Source: Paraphysomonas bandaiensis
Lineage: Eukaryota; Protista; Chrysophyceae
Assembly (NCBI GenBank): GCA_965644295.1
Contig: CBFFRP010000259.1
Location: forward strand, 34,010 to 98,009
Length of the DNA stretch: 64,000 nt
Direction of reading: 5' to 3'
A program made the translations under genes and the position numbers. Of the stretch, positions 45,138 to 57,225 are shown piece after piece. Position 1 is the stretch's first letter. Each line of letters starts with the position of its first letter. The notes under the pieces were generated by a model, which saw only the letters and a program-made list of their open reading frames with translations, searched no databases and was not told where the DNA came from.

Positions 45138-46610
45138 ATGAATGAAATCACTCTATCTGCTCTTAACGATGATGTGCTGTGTCTCATCATCTCTATGATC
45201 CCACACACGGCTGTCCTTCCAGTGATAATGACTTGTAAGAGATTTCACGATATAGTATACACTGATAAGAGGAGAGTACAGTCACATGCATCTCACTACT
45301 GTATGACCAACTCAATGGTCTCATGGGCTCTGGCTATGGGCTGCCCACACACCCAACTAGTGAACACATGTGCACAATACGGCAGACTACAGCAGATGAT
45401 GCACCTCATGAGTCACATATACACACCTCCACATATGGAGGAACCTATGCACATATATTTACTGACTGAAGACACTTGTAGGGCTGCTGCTAGGGGTGGT
45501 CACTTGGATGTTCTGAAGTGGCTTCGATCACAGGACCCTCCATGTCCATGGAGTGAAGATTGTTGCAACACTGCTGCTTATGGAGGACACTTGGATGTTC
45601 TGAAGTGGCTTCGTTCACAGGACCCTCCATGTCCATGGGGTAAATCGACTTGCAGTAATGCTGTTAGTCGTGTACACTTGGATGTTCTGAAATGGCTTCG
45701 ATCACAGGACCCTCCATGTCCATGGAGTGAAGATTGTTGCAACACTGCTGCTTATGGAGGACACTTGGATGTTCTGAAGTGGCTTCGTTCACAGGACCCT
45801 CCATGTCCATGGAGTAAATCGACTTGCAGTAATGCTGTTAGTCGTGTACACTTGGATGTTCTGAAGTGGCTTCGATCACAGGACCCTCCATGTCCATGGA
45901 GTGAAGATTGTTGCAACACTGCTGCTTATGGAGGACACTTGGATGTTCTGAGATGGCTTCGTTCACAGGACCCTCCATGTCCATGGAGTAAATCGACTTG
46001 CTTTGGTGTTGTTAATCGTGGACTCTGGGATGTTCTGAAGTGGCTTCGTTCACAGGACCCTCCTTGTCCATGGTGTGAATGGCCTTGCTGGTATGCAGCA
46101 AGGAATGGGCACTTGGATGTTCTGAAATGGCTTCGATCACAGGACCCTCCATGTCCATGGAGTGAATGGACTTGCATTGCAGCTATTAATGGTAGACACT
46201 GGGATGTTCTGAAGTGGCTTCGTTCACAGGACCCTCCATGTCCATGGAATAAAGTTAGTTGCAACGCTGCAGTAGGGGGTGGGCACTTGGATATTCTGAA
46301 GTGGCTTCGATCACAGGACCCTCCATGTCCATGGGATGAGTCAACTTGCGGTAATGCTGTTAGTCATGGACACTTGGATGTTTTGAAATGGCTTCGTTCA
46401 CAGGACCCCCCATGTCCATGGAGTGAAGATTGTTGCACAGCTGCAGCAAGGGATGGACGCTTGGAGTTTCTGAAGTGGCTTCGTTCACAGGACCCTCCAT
46501 GTCCTTGGAATGCCGACACTAGTCTCTGTGCTTCACTGACAGGACGTGTGGACGTTCTGCAGTGGCTTCGTTCAGAGTACCCTTCATGTCCATGGGGCAA
46601 GTGGACTTGA
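45138..46610 (+). CDS. F-box-like domain plus 13 ankyrin-type repeats (giant-virus/algal GHLxxLKWL..CPW class)
   Basis: LSALNDDVLCLIISMI..VIMTCKRFHDI followed by 13 x 29-aa repeats containing HLDVLKWLRSQDPPCPW; intronless. Confidence 0.85.
   Translation: MNEITLSALNDDVLCLIISMIPHTAVLPVIMTCKRFHDIVYTDKRRVQSHASHYCMTNSMVSWALAMGCPHTQLVNTCAQYGRLQQMMHLMSHIYTPPHMEEPMHIYLLTEDTCRAAARGGHLDVLKWLRSQDPPCPWSEDCCNTAAYGGHLDVLKWLRSQDPPCPWGKSTCSNAVSRVHLDVLKWLRSQDPPCPWSEDCCNTAAYGGHLDVLKWLRSQDPPCPWSKSTCSNAVSRVHLDVLKWLRSQDPPCPWSEDCCNTAAYGGHLDVLRWLRSQDPPCPWSKSTCFGVVNRGLWDVLKWLRSQDPPCPWCEWPCWYAARNGHLDVLKWLRSQDPPCPWSEWTCIAAINGRHWDVLKWLRSQDPPCPWNKVSCNAAVGGGHLDILKWLRSQDPPCPWDESTCGNAVSHGHLDVLKWLRSQDPPCPWSEDCCTAAARDGRLEFLKWLRSQDPPCPWNADTSLCASLTGRVDVLQWLRSEYPSCPWGKWT
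45501..46595 (+). repeat. 87-nt coding tandem repeat x13 (51-nt conserved + 36-nt variable)
   Basis: CACTTGGATGTTCTGAAGTGGCTTCG(A/T)TCACAGGACCCTCCATGTCCATGG recurs every 87 nt. Confidence 0.95.
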
Positions 46611-46957
46611 GACGTTTCTACCTCAGATATTGTTCACAGCTAATGTAGCATCAGGTGCTGGACATGTCATGTTCATGTGCAGAAATATTGCAATTTCATG
46701 ATTTTGGCATGTAGCGGATAAGCCAAAGTGCCCCATATTGACAGCGTAACTAATTACTGCGTGCGGCCGCCCACCTCTATCTATGTACACATTTTGCTTA
46801 GTTCAGCAGTTCCCCACTCTGGGTTCTCACTGCATATTCAGCGCTGAATACCATGTGATAGTGATGTAGCTAGTTGGGTTCAGTAGGTAGCTAGCAAATA
46901 ACGTATGGGACTTAAATCAAGTATTAGGTACCCACCTGGATCTACCTAAGTACGCGC

Positions 46958-47770
46958 TCAGAATGGGGCATTAGTTGTTCTCGTGTGACTCAGAAACATC
47001 GAGGCTTTTACGTATATGTCGTTTACGTGATCTGGGGCAGATTGAGTTCCCATCATGTGATCGTTCAGAAAATTCGTCTTGAATTCTCCATATCTCGTTT
47101 CATCTAGGCCTTCGATGAAGTCCATTGCAATGTCTGACTTTTCCATCTCTGCATTCCCGACATCTTTATATGTGTCGAGTAGATAGTCGAAAAGTTCTTT
47201 GTAACTAACAATGCTATCGTATGGCCCATGTTTGTTGGCCTATTGATATTTTGGCCTCGTTTCTCTGCTTTCCTTACTCTCTCGACATTAGAGTTAGTTG
47301 CTACCATATGCGTCTTTTTTATAGCCTTCCATAGCAGCAGAGGATCCTTTTCCTTGTTTATTTGCTCATATTCATCCAGTAATTTGATTGCATCCAACGA
47401 TTCGTTGCTTAAATCTCTGAGGCTATACCCGTAAAATGGCGTTCTGTTGTTTTCCATCTCTGATATCAACCTATCCCTGGTCTTGATCTTATACTTCAGT
47501 CGATCGAGCTGTATGCCTAGCGGATCTGTTCTTTTATCGTAATTCAATTCAATTGGATCAGGCTCGTAATATTCATCGAGTTCCAAAAGTCTTGCCAGGT
47601 TTCCGTACTTCTCCATGATGATGGCTGCCACCACTAGTTTCTGCTTGAACGTTACCCAGGTTGCTGTTTGCTCCATACTTTAATTTCGGCTCTGTATCCG
47701 ATGTATCTTTGGCTGCTTGCGATGGATATCTTGCGAATCTTTTTGGCTTCTCACTCATGGTTTTCTTCAT
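46958..47770 (-). mobile_element. Frameshifted Copia-like gag fragment
   Basis: LKYGANSN / FKQKL..EKYGNLARLLELDEYY / DPLLLWKAIKKTH / IAMDFIEGLDETRYGEFK across three frames; no pol follows. Confidence 0.7.
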
Positions 47771-49591
47771 AATTTCCTCTTACGCAGAGTAGAATACGGT
47801 ACTCGGTCGTAAAGTTACGGATGCTACAGATCGTACGCGGACAGAATACCCCCATTACCTTTTCGTACAGTCTACACCTGCTTATGATCCTCCACCTGCT
47901 TATGATCCTCCACCTACTAGTAATGTGCCCCCAGCGGCTGTTGCCGCGTCGTTTCCGAGCACAGGTACTAATACTACTGTAAGTAGTAGTGGTAAAGATA
48001 GCTATATGCGTATGCAATGTATCCAAAATCAGGCTATTCGGTTGGAGCGTTTGCAGTCTCAAGCGAAGCAGATGTAGCTATATGAGAATATGATATTACA
48101 AAACACAAGTAATAATAGCAGGGCCAACTTGTAACGCAATAAATACTGCTAATAACAACTATACTTGCGACTTTTTCTTTATCTTTAACCTCTCAGATAC
48201 AAATTACAGTAAAATAATAACTCAATACTTATATATGAAACCTGGTGAAATTGCTTTACCAGGTTTTGGTATATTACCTCGACTTACTATAGGTAGTCAA
48301 AAGGCAGGTTCTCTTTGCAGTTGCTACCGAACTCGTTTTAGTAAGAGGAAATTATGCTTCTATCCTACAGTCGTACAAAACACTGCATAATAAAACACCA
48401 TACACTTCTATGTGCCCTATATGCATATCTTATACAGTCACTTCAAGTACTAAACTGAAAAGAACATCCTCTATCTACTCTCATTTCTCTTCGTTATGGT
48501 ATGCGTACTATATACGTACTATTATACGTACCATATTTTATGTATTTCCTGGATTATGGGGTTTTCAGTTTTCAGTCTCTGGTACGCCAAAAACTGAAAG
48601 TGATTGTAGACTATGTGGGTCGTTTTAGGTAGGATATAGATACGTAGTACATGGTGTACTCTCCGTATATGGAGGTGAGTTATTCCCATCAGGTTGCTGT
48701 GTATTTTTCAGTTTCGATTGAAGAGTTATACAACCTGTGGTGTTGTGATGATACCACGAGTGTTGCACTATGTTAGGAGTGTGTGTGTGTGCATATATGC
48801 TTCTATGGTGTATATCACATGTTTTTAAGTACCAAAGCTTGGTGCCAGTGAACTTGGGTGCTAGCGGCATACTATTGCGCGGTGACTCTTTGCGGGAGCC
48901 ACTAACCGAGTTTAGGTCTAGACTTGGATAAGTGTTATAATAATAATACCGTTATTACTGTGCTTTGTTGGTTCAGTGTAGGTGTTATTGTAGTATTATT
49001 GTTTGCGAGCCAACACCCTGGTTATCAAACCGGGTGTTGTTATAATAATGGCAACTTCTGTTATGTTATATTGCCTATGCGGTGGGAGTACTGTCTCGGT
49101 TCAGTAATAAGGTGCATAACTGTTAACATATTGTTGGAAATTGCTCAGTCTTAACTAGATCTCAGAGAGAATTTGTCTTTAGACTAAATAGATTCATTAA
49201 TATCGCTTACACGAATTGTGACAAACAACACAATCTCTACGCATAATCTCATACATACGTGAACCTCTCGTTACTAAATATATCTTAAAAGATCAAATTA
49301 TCGCAGTTTCTCAATATCATCACAGCATTTGTACATCACTATATATTACTGTATTCTCGTACATTGTCTTCAAGTGCCACACTGAATATACTAGAATATA
49401 ATCCATATTCTAATACTCCCACTCAATGTAGAATTCAGTGAGACGAAACAACAGTGAGCATGGTAATCTCTATGCTATGACTACCTAGTCCCATAGGTAA
49501 AATAGATGTGAAATCTTTTAAAGATACATGTATAACTAGCAGTCAACTAGGTATACAGTTTTGTGAGATTTTTACCCACTGAAACACACCT

Positions 49592-51814
49592 TTAACCTCT
49601 TCGGGGTCGTTTCTTCTGCTGCTCCTCCAATTCATTGTCATCATCAGATGAAATGCTGGCATCATGCTCTTCATTTTCTTCGATTTCATCCACAAAGTAA
49701 AATTGTGACTTCAAAGCGAGAGAGATATTGAGCGTACGCTCAGTGTCTATGTGTTGTATCGATTCAAGCAAGGATTCAAATGTCCGGAAAAAGTTATATT
49801 TACATTGAATCTTGATTTCTTTGGCCAATTTCTTAGCATCTTTGTCAGTCATGTGTGGCCGAAGAATAGAAACAATTTGGGATTTGTTAGCTGAATGTGG
49901 GTCAATGACGCATCGAGCACAAGGGTGCAATGAGAGGGAGCCGTGATAGCCGACTAGCTCCTGTTTGCTCAGTACTACACATTGTGGAGATGGACGTTGA
50001 ACACGACATTTCCCATATGAGGCCAATGCAGAGAATAAACATTTGACGACGCGCACTCTTTTTTCAGGAAAGCAGGGCATCAATTCAAAATATTTCGAAA
50101 TAAGGCCAGTGGTTAACGATTGTGACTCTCGTTTGCGTCGATCCAAAAAAATAATGGGTGCATCGTCAGGAGTTGCGTTTTTAAGCATAAAATATATGTC
50201 TACACCCTTTCCGTCAGTGCCATTAACAACTACAAAACACTCCTCTGCTGAAAGTAAACTGACACACCGAACAGAGTTATACATTTCTGGTATGAAGTCA
50301 AAATTGGTATCATTGGATAACTTTTCATTTGTGAAAAATATCTTTGCAGGTCGCAGAATAACCTCAATGTCTTGCGTGCTGGTGTGCAGTGACTTGTCTC
50401 CATAAAAAAGCTTTTTGAGCGAAATTTCTTCGTATCCTAACCACAGATAAGCGTTAATGCGAAGGCAGTGGAAGTAGGCACCAAACTGCTCCCATTTTTG
50501 CCACGGTTCCAGGTGCTGCGAAGTCAATTCGTGTATGTGATGAAAAGCTTGAACAAAGTATGTCAAATGACGAGGGGCGTGTGGGGGTGGCTCATAGGTA
50601 AGGATCTGTTGTAATGCTACGTACGGGAGGATGACACGAGAACAGCCATCACAGTCCTCCACTAGGGCTACTAGGCCACGGTCTGCCAGTTGCTGCCACG
50701 TGAGTGGCCTATCGTTCATACCACACACAACAATTTCAGGTGAAGAATCGGGAACAACAGATATACCACTCAGACTGAATGCAGCCAACGTAATCATCGC
50801 ATCTCCACTCAAGAGACTTGTCCACTGACTGGAATTAGTATTATACACCGCATTACGAAGCGCCATAAGGCTATTCGCACTCGGACACCGCTTGAGTCTC
50901 TGGTGCTCGGACCGCACTTCGCGACAAAAGGCAACCACATTCCTTGGGATGTTACCAATTGTGAATATACATTGCTGAAAGGTTTCACTTTGAAGCCCCT
51001 CTGGGTACAAAGAAGCGGCAATGGGCGTGTAGTCCCGAGAGAAGGGAATATATACACTTTGCTACATAAGTCACGCGAAGAAGACGTTCCCCGAAGTGGA
51101 GACCACTCTGTGCCCGCAAACATGATATATAAATGAACACCATGTTGGGTCAACGCAAGGGTGGCTTCGTACAGAGCAATCATCAAGCAATCAAGTTTAT
51201 CACTCCCGTCTGCCTCATCACCAGTAATTGATTGATACTCATCGATGCCTAGGAAGAACGACAGAGGGGTGCTTCGACTTGGATTCAAATCGCGGGTGCT
51301 TACTACCGTTAATATTGATTGTACGATGGTAATATCTTCATAAACACTTGAACTCTGGAGTTGCTGCATAAATGGCTTAAATGACAATCCTTCAAAAAAA
51401 TAACGATGCAGAATTCTCCACGCAAATGTTTATTCAATTGGAAGCTGAACATCAACATCACACACAATGACCATTGTAATATAGCACTAATAGCCCCATG
51501 CGATCAACTTCTAATTGTCCAATTCCCAATCCATCGAATATGTGGTTCCACTCCTCCAACAATCTTGTTTTTCCAACGCCGGGAATTCCCACACAAATAG
51601 GATGTCTATAGTCTGTGCGATTTGATGAATTCCCAAAACTGTCTTTTCGAAGCTTCCAAATGCTTTGAACGTAGCGAAGTATGTCTTCTCTCTTGCACAA
51701 TGGAATTTCTCGATCCTGAATACTGTGACAATTCAAGAAAGAATGAGAAGCTCTTCCACCCATGTATTCGACGAACGTCAAAATCTTCAATGTAGTATTT
51801 TCTTGTTGGTTCAT
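49592..51814 (-). pseudogene. Crinkler/RHS-type NTPase + restriction-endonuclease fold + HhH gene, disrupted
   Basis: Walker A GIPGVGKT followed by LVLYYNGH and FAWRILHRYF; Walker B FFLGIDEYQ; IGNIPR; WQKWEQFGAYF; REase-like VNGTDGKGVDIY..IFLDRRK; HhH-like IDPHSANKSQIV. At least two frameshifts and one TAA. Confidence 0.75.
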
Positions 51815-51923
51815 TTACTCCTTACATGTATCAATAATGTACATATATACAAGAGGTCATCTCTACGAGGAAATGGGTGTGGTTAGGTAAGTTCTTCAAG
51901 GCAATGTAGTCAATGAGATTTTT

Positions 51924-52030
51924 ACATACCTACCTACCTACCTACAGTACGTACGTACGTACCTACCTACCTACCTACCTACCTACCTACATACATACAT
52001 ACATACATACATACATAGATGCATACATAC
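51924..52030. repeat. (TACC)n/(TACG)n/(TACA)n compound microsatellite
   Basis: Direct observation. Confidence 0.95.
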
Positions 52031-52617
52031 AGTGTGAATCAACGTATTCTCTGTATTCTGTGTATATGGTATACATAGGTATACGTGTGCGTATATGGGG
52101 GTATACCGCTGGGTGACTTCGAAGTGAATGTGATGTGGATATATGTATATATGAGTACATGATTCAGAGGCTCTGCTGCTGCCTCTACTCACAGACACGA
52201 GTGAGGACTATCAACAGTGTGTGGTCATAGTGGTGTATAGTGGTGTGTGCTCCTCATGAGGAGAGAGACTCGTATGATCATATGAATAATACCGCAGCAG
52301 ATACACACACATACATACAGAACACCCACACACACATACATGCATAGACCGCATGGAGCACCCTGAATAGTCATACAACTGCACCAGAAGCGTTCACCAC
52401 TAATGCGCTCCTGAGTATGTTATTTTATATGGTGTATCTGCATTAATAGTGCTGTGGAAGCTTATGTATCCGTTAGAAGACTGTGACGCTGTTGTGATCA
52501 TTCATATGAGGACTTCCTCTATAAGGATAACATATGAGTAATATGAGAGTGTGGATGAGTTGTGGGGGTGGTGAGAGTGTATGTATATGGTATAGGGACG
52601 CCTCTTACGACCCAACC

Positions 52618-54704
52618 AGTTAAGATAAGAGAAGATTATAATAAATATAATAAGCAATATATCACGTTATCTCTACTACCACTCATTTCTAGTACGATCT
52701 TACATCGTCATGATATCACTTCTCATAATACAGCTCATCACTACTGTATTCTCCAGTAACCGTCATAATTCCAATATCTTAGAATTACAGCTTTTAATTG
52801 CTCAAACAGCAAAACTCAACACTCCCTCTCAATTCAAAGCTGTACATTGAATTGTCAAACCACGAGTCATAACTGACGGGCGGATACGCAACCACCAAGA
52901 CCTCATGAGCTGTACATTGAATCTTCACATCGCAAGACATAATTGACGGATACTATGTAGATTGAATCCTCACATCACGAGACATAACTGATGGGTAGAA
53001 TTACAGCTTTTAATTGCTCCAACAGCAAAACTCAACACTCCCTCTCAATTCAAAGCTGTAGATAGACTCTTCATATCACGAGACATAACTGACGGATACG
53101 TAACCACCAAAAACCTCATAGGACAAACCGGTGGACGTATGACTCCGACGTTTCAGCAAGTCTCACCATAGACAACACATTGAAAGATCTTCTGTCTCTG
53201 ATAACAGCACGTATGATTTCTTATCCTCGTCACTGAGATCAATCACACCACATCATTCAACTTCAACGCTAAGTCGCGAGTGCTCTGGCTGTCAGGAAGA
53301 ATGGAGTGGGTTCGTACAATCGAAGTCCCAGTTCGACCAACACCACCCCCCGAAGCCACACCAGATCCTCATGCCAGCAGACACAGCCTGCTACTTACAC
53401 ACTGAAGCAAATCAAGGCAATTAACAAACTTCTCATATATTATGCCTTGGTCTCTCTATAATTAGACATATTATGTTAGTTATTAGAACAGTCACTGTCA
53501 TCACACAGATTGACAATCTCCTCATCATAAAGGTTTACCTCACCCAGGATGGACACACTAGTCAACACCCGTACGCTTACCACACAAGTCTCCCTAGACT
53601 CAGCAGGTACAGTCTCACAGACACGATTCACGCTGATCTCACTAGACTTAGTATACACAGTATCACTAGGCAAAGTACGAAGGGACATTCTCTTCCCTGG
53701 AATCTCATCCGCCGTTTAGACTTATTGGGCGCACCACCCGAAGCCGGCGTGTAGATGAAGATCCACCCCTTTTTTTCATCACAAAAACGAGGTTTTTATA
53801 GTACAGCCGACTCACTAGATACAGCACCCGCACTACTCTCTGGCAAAGTACGAAGGGACATTCTCTTCCCTGGAATCTCATCCGCCGTATAGACTTGTTA
53901 TGTGTTCCCCACGAAGCCGGCGTAGATGAAGACCCACCTCTCTTGTCGACACAAGAACGAGGTTTTTAGTACAGCCGGCGGTTATACACGTCTATATCGA
54001 CTATACGATGGCCGAACTCTGCAACAGCTCGAACCAGTGGGTCACTCTTGACAAGCTCATCATCGATAGCACTCCATCTATCTCATGAGGAACTACTCTC
54101 ATCATATATAACACAATGGACACGACTCCTCATCACTCGCACCCTCATCGACACAACCAGACACATTACTGAATCACCGTGCTCACACTCTGCACATGGG
54201 TAGACATCATTCTGATAATTATATGGGTCTCTTCAGAGGGTTCATACAGCATCAACCCAGTATACTTTTTCTGTTATGTTCGTATGAAAACCCCGATTTT
54301 CATAAATAATACTGGTTTTATATCCTACATACTGCTGTATGTTTCTACTATACAAAAAGCAGTACTCCTGCTTCTCTGTCCAGTACATTCCAATGGTCAC
54401 ACTTCAGCAGTTGTTTCCAACTACCATCCGCTACCATGTCAAGTTATGACACAATTGGATGATTAGTAAGTTAACTGGACGAGTATTCACTCATGAATCA
54501 AGTTAAGATAAGAGAAGATTATAATAAATATAATAAGCAATATATCACGTTATCTCTACTACCACTCATTTCTAGTACGATCTTACATCGTCATGATATC
54601 ACTTCTCATAATACAGCTCATCACTACTGTATTCTCCAGTAACCGTCATAATTCCAATATCTTAGAATTACAGCTTCTAATTGCTCAAACAGCAAAACTC
54701 AACA
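52618..54704 (-). mobile_element. Non-autonomous LTR retrotransposon, copy 1 (3' LTR truncated)
   Basis: LTR 54437-54704 (TG..CA) and partial LTR 52618-52821; minus-strand PBS TGGTAGCG and PPT GAGAGGGAG; no pol. Confidence 0.9.
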
Positions 54705-54742
54705 AGTTTGATTTCTACTGCTTAAATTTAAAGAAGTGTCAT

Positions 54743-55658
54743 TTATTTATTCCATACACATTTCAACTTGCAGATTGCATTGTACAAGCTACCGTACGAA
54801 ACTGTATCCATCTGCTTTAACTGATGAACACTTACGATATGATTCACAATTATATTCAGCGCACTAGAGAATGTTTCATTACTAGTCTATTTTGTCCAGT
54901 TTGTGTCTCCTTGCTCTTGAACAAGCGTTGCATCACCTCTCCAGTCAAAATATTCAAACATCAATCAAGCTACTGAATCAGATCTACTCATTATATTCCA
55001 CATCAGTACAAAATATGCCTACATGAACAAGATATAGGACTAACTGCCTGCAATAGCACAGGGAACCATCAACATCATATTCGTCGCTAAAATTTTATAG
55101 CCATTCATTTTTAACGAACTTTTACCCTCTTCTGGTTTCATGAGTCCTTCCTTCTTCAGTTCATTGATGTCTTTCTCATAGCCATCTATCGCCTGGCTTA
55201 GTTCTAAGTCTAAGACTACATCCACGACCAGCTTCATATTTCTTAAGGTATATAAGTAGACAATAGGGCTTCTATATCCCTTAATGTGGGATCTACTAGA
55301 GGGGTCAGGATCACTTTCTGGAATGTCATCTGGGGCCCTTAGCTTCCCTCTTTCGCTCCTTCGTGAGCCGGTGTGAACAGATGGCCGAAGTACTCAAGAG
55401 AGATGTCTTTCGGGAATGGAATCTTCAAATTTTCATCATCATCAGAGCTTCAGGGTACGCTGTTATACACCACGCTACAATATGGCCAACCTTTTTTTTG
55501 TATGCTGCTTTCATTCCTGCTATTATTCGTTTCTTCTAATAGTCAGATACATTATCAGCATTGGAGTCAACAGACACAACCGGCTGTCGGCGTACACGGC
55601 CACTTCCTCTTCACTATTGAAGCAACGCTTCCTCCCTGTCTGAATCTGTCTCACTCAT
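54743..55658 (-). mobile_element. Crypton-type (tyrosine recombinase) transposon relic
   Basis: YKKKVGHIVAWC..YPE, DENLKIPFP..LEYFGHL, IKGYRSPIVYLY, DGYEKDINELKKEG..EGKSSLKMNGY and FVLMWNIMSRSDSV (first catalytic Arg box). It has stops and frameshifts, and the HxxR/Tyr boxes are missing. Confidence 0.75.
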
Positions 55659-55829
55659 GTTTGCAGTAAGTATGGTCGAATATTGATACATGCCACTAAC
55701 GGATATGACGTTCAAGGAGAATAGTAGAGTATTTTAACAGTGTTTTACAACTAATAAAGTGGCTATTTCCCTATAAAGTTGTAGTTTCCTCAAATAAAAG
55801 TGCCGGTTTTTCTGTGAAAGCAAATGTTT

Positions 55830-56160
55830 CACATACAGTACATACATACATACATACATACATACATACATACATACATACATACATACATACATACATA
55901 CATACATACATACATACATACATACATACAGACATACATACATACATTCATACATACATACATACTGTACATACATACATACATACATACATACATACAT
56001 ACATACATACATACATACATACATACATACATACATACATACATACATACATACATACATACATACATACATACATACATACATACATACATACATACAT
56101 ACATACATACATACATACATACATACGGACATACATACAGACATACATACAGACATACAT
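55830..56160. repeat. (TACA)n microsatellite
   Basis: Direct observation. Confidence 0.98.
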
Positions 56161-56354
56161 GTATACCGGTATTTCGTGACATGAATTATTTATAGCTGTT
56201 GAGATCTACCAGACGTCTGGACATGAGCTACACACTTCGTACGAAGTGATATACAGCTGCTTGATGATGCTGTAGGCCGACAGCAGTCACTATAATCCTG
56301 TGTGTGAGTCACAATAATTAAAGAGTGAAACTATTTGAATTGTAATAAACAAAC

Positions 56355-56837
56355 ATGTCAAATCAAGAATTTCTTGCCCAATTTGAGGAATTGAAAATGA
56401 TTGTAGCTAGTGGATTTGCTTCCGTTAATAATCGATTTGACTCTATTGAGAATCGACTTGACACTCTCGAAAATAGTTTTGATACTCTTTCTCATCAATT
56501 TTCACAGTCTAATGCAAGATTTAAAAACTCCAGGGCGAATCCTTACGATGTTTTAACTCCTGTGTGCTTAGATAGTGGTCGTCTCCCGACATCAGAGTTA
56601 CCAAAATGTTTGGCACAACTTGCAGTTGCCGGAAACGAAACCTTACCGAACGGTGAAACCCATACTTGGTCTTGTAGACGCTCAAGACAGTTGATTCGTG
56701 AGTATGATCCCGCCTATGAAACGGATGAAGACGATAATGAACAAGGCCACAATTCATTGAAACGCCGAATGATATTGGCATCGCATTTGGGGATAACCAC
56801 TTCGCAACTTAACGAAGCCCGTCGAATTCATTCATAA
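56355..56837 (+). CDS. Small coiled-coil protein with a Mug135-like C-terminal domain
   Basis: Heptads NRFDSIENRLDTLEN, then ARFKNS..LTPV..G.LP..LP..L..LIREY..KRR.ILASHLGI; intact 160-aa ORF. Confidence 0.65.
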   Translation: MSNQEFLAQFEELKMIVASGFASVNNRFDSIENRLDTLENSFDTLSHQFSQSNARFKNSRANPYDVLTPVCLDSGRLPTSELPKCLAQLAVAGNETLPNGETHTWSCRRSRQLIREYDPAYETDEDDNEQGHNSLKRRMILASHLGITTSQLNEARRIHS

Positions 56838-57225
56838 TGGAAACCAGTCTGTCTGTTGTCACAAAGTGTACCACAAACTCACTCCGTCAGACTATGGATG
56901 TAAAACTTCGTTGAAAGTGACATATAACATTTCAGATTTTACCTGTGTAAATTCTAATAATATAGCACTCATAATGGGGCAAATTATTGCCTTTATCTTT
57001 GGTGTGATATCATATCTTTGATATTTACTGTCACTGAAATTTGCGACCATTTTCTAATATTTAGATTCATTGATTCACGTATATATCTTAACGCGTGAAT
57101 ACAACACATGTATACAATGAAATATCAAATAGACTGAATAATTCCAAACTATACAAGATACGCGGCTGTACAAGATACGCAAATGTGTGTGGTGCTAACG
57201 CTCTGTTCAAATGTGTCTTGCTATT

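Noticed and set aside
45501-46595. Repeat-spacer pattern as a CRISPR array
   Set aside because: It is entirely in-frame protein coding with conserved Cys/Ala positions in the variable parts, in a eukaryotic context.
48839-48860. TGGTGCCAGTGA as a retroelement primer-binding site
   Set aside because: There is no adjacent CA-ended LTR or second LTR copy that I could identify.
54900-55060. In-frame TAG at expected Trp positions as a sign of an alternative genetic code
   Set aside because: They occur only in decayed sequences that also have frameshifts, and intact genes terminate at TAG, TAA and TGA.
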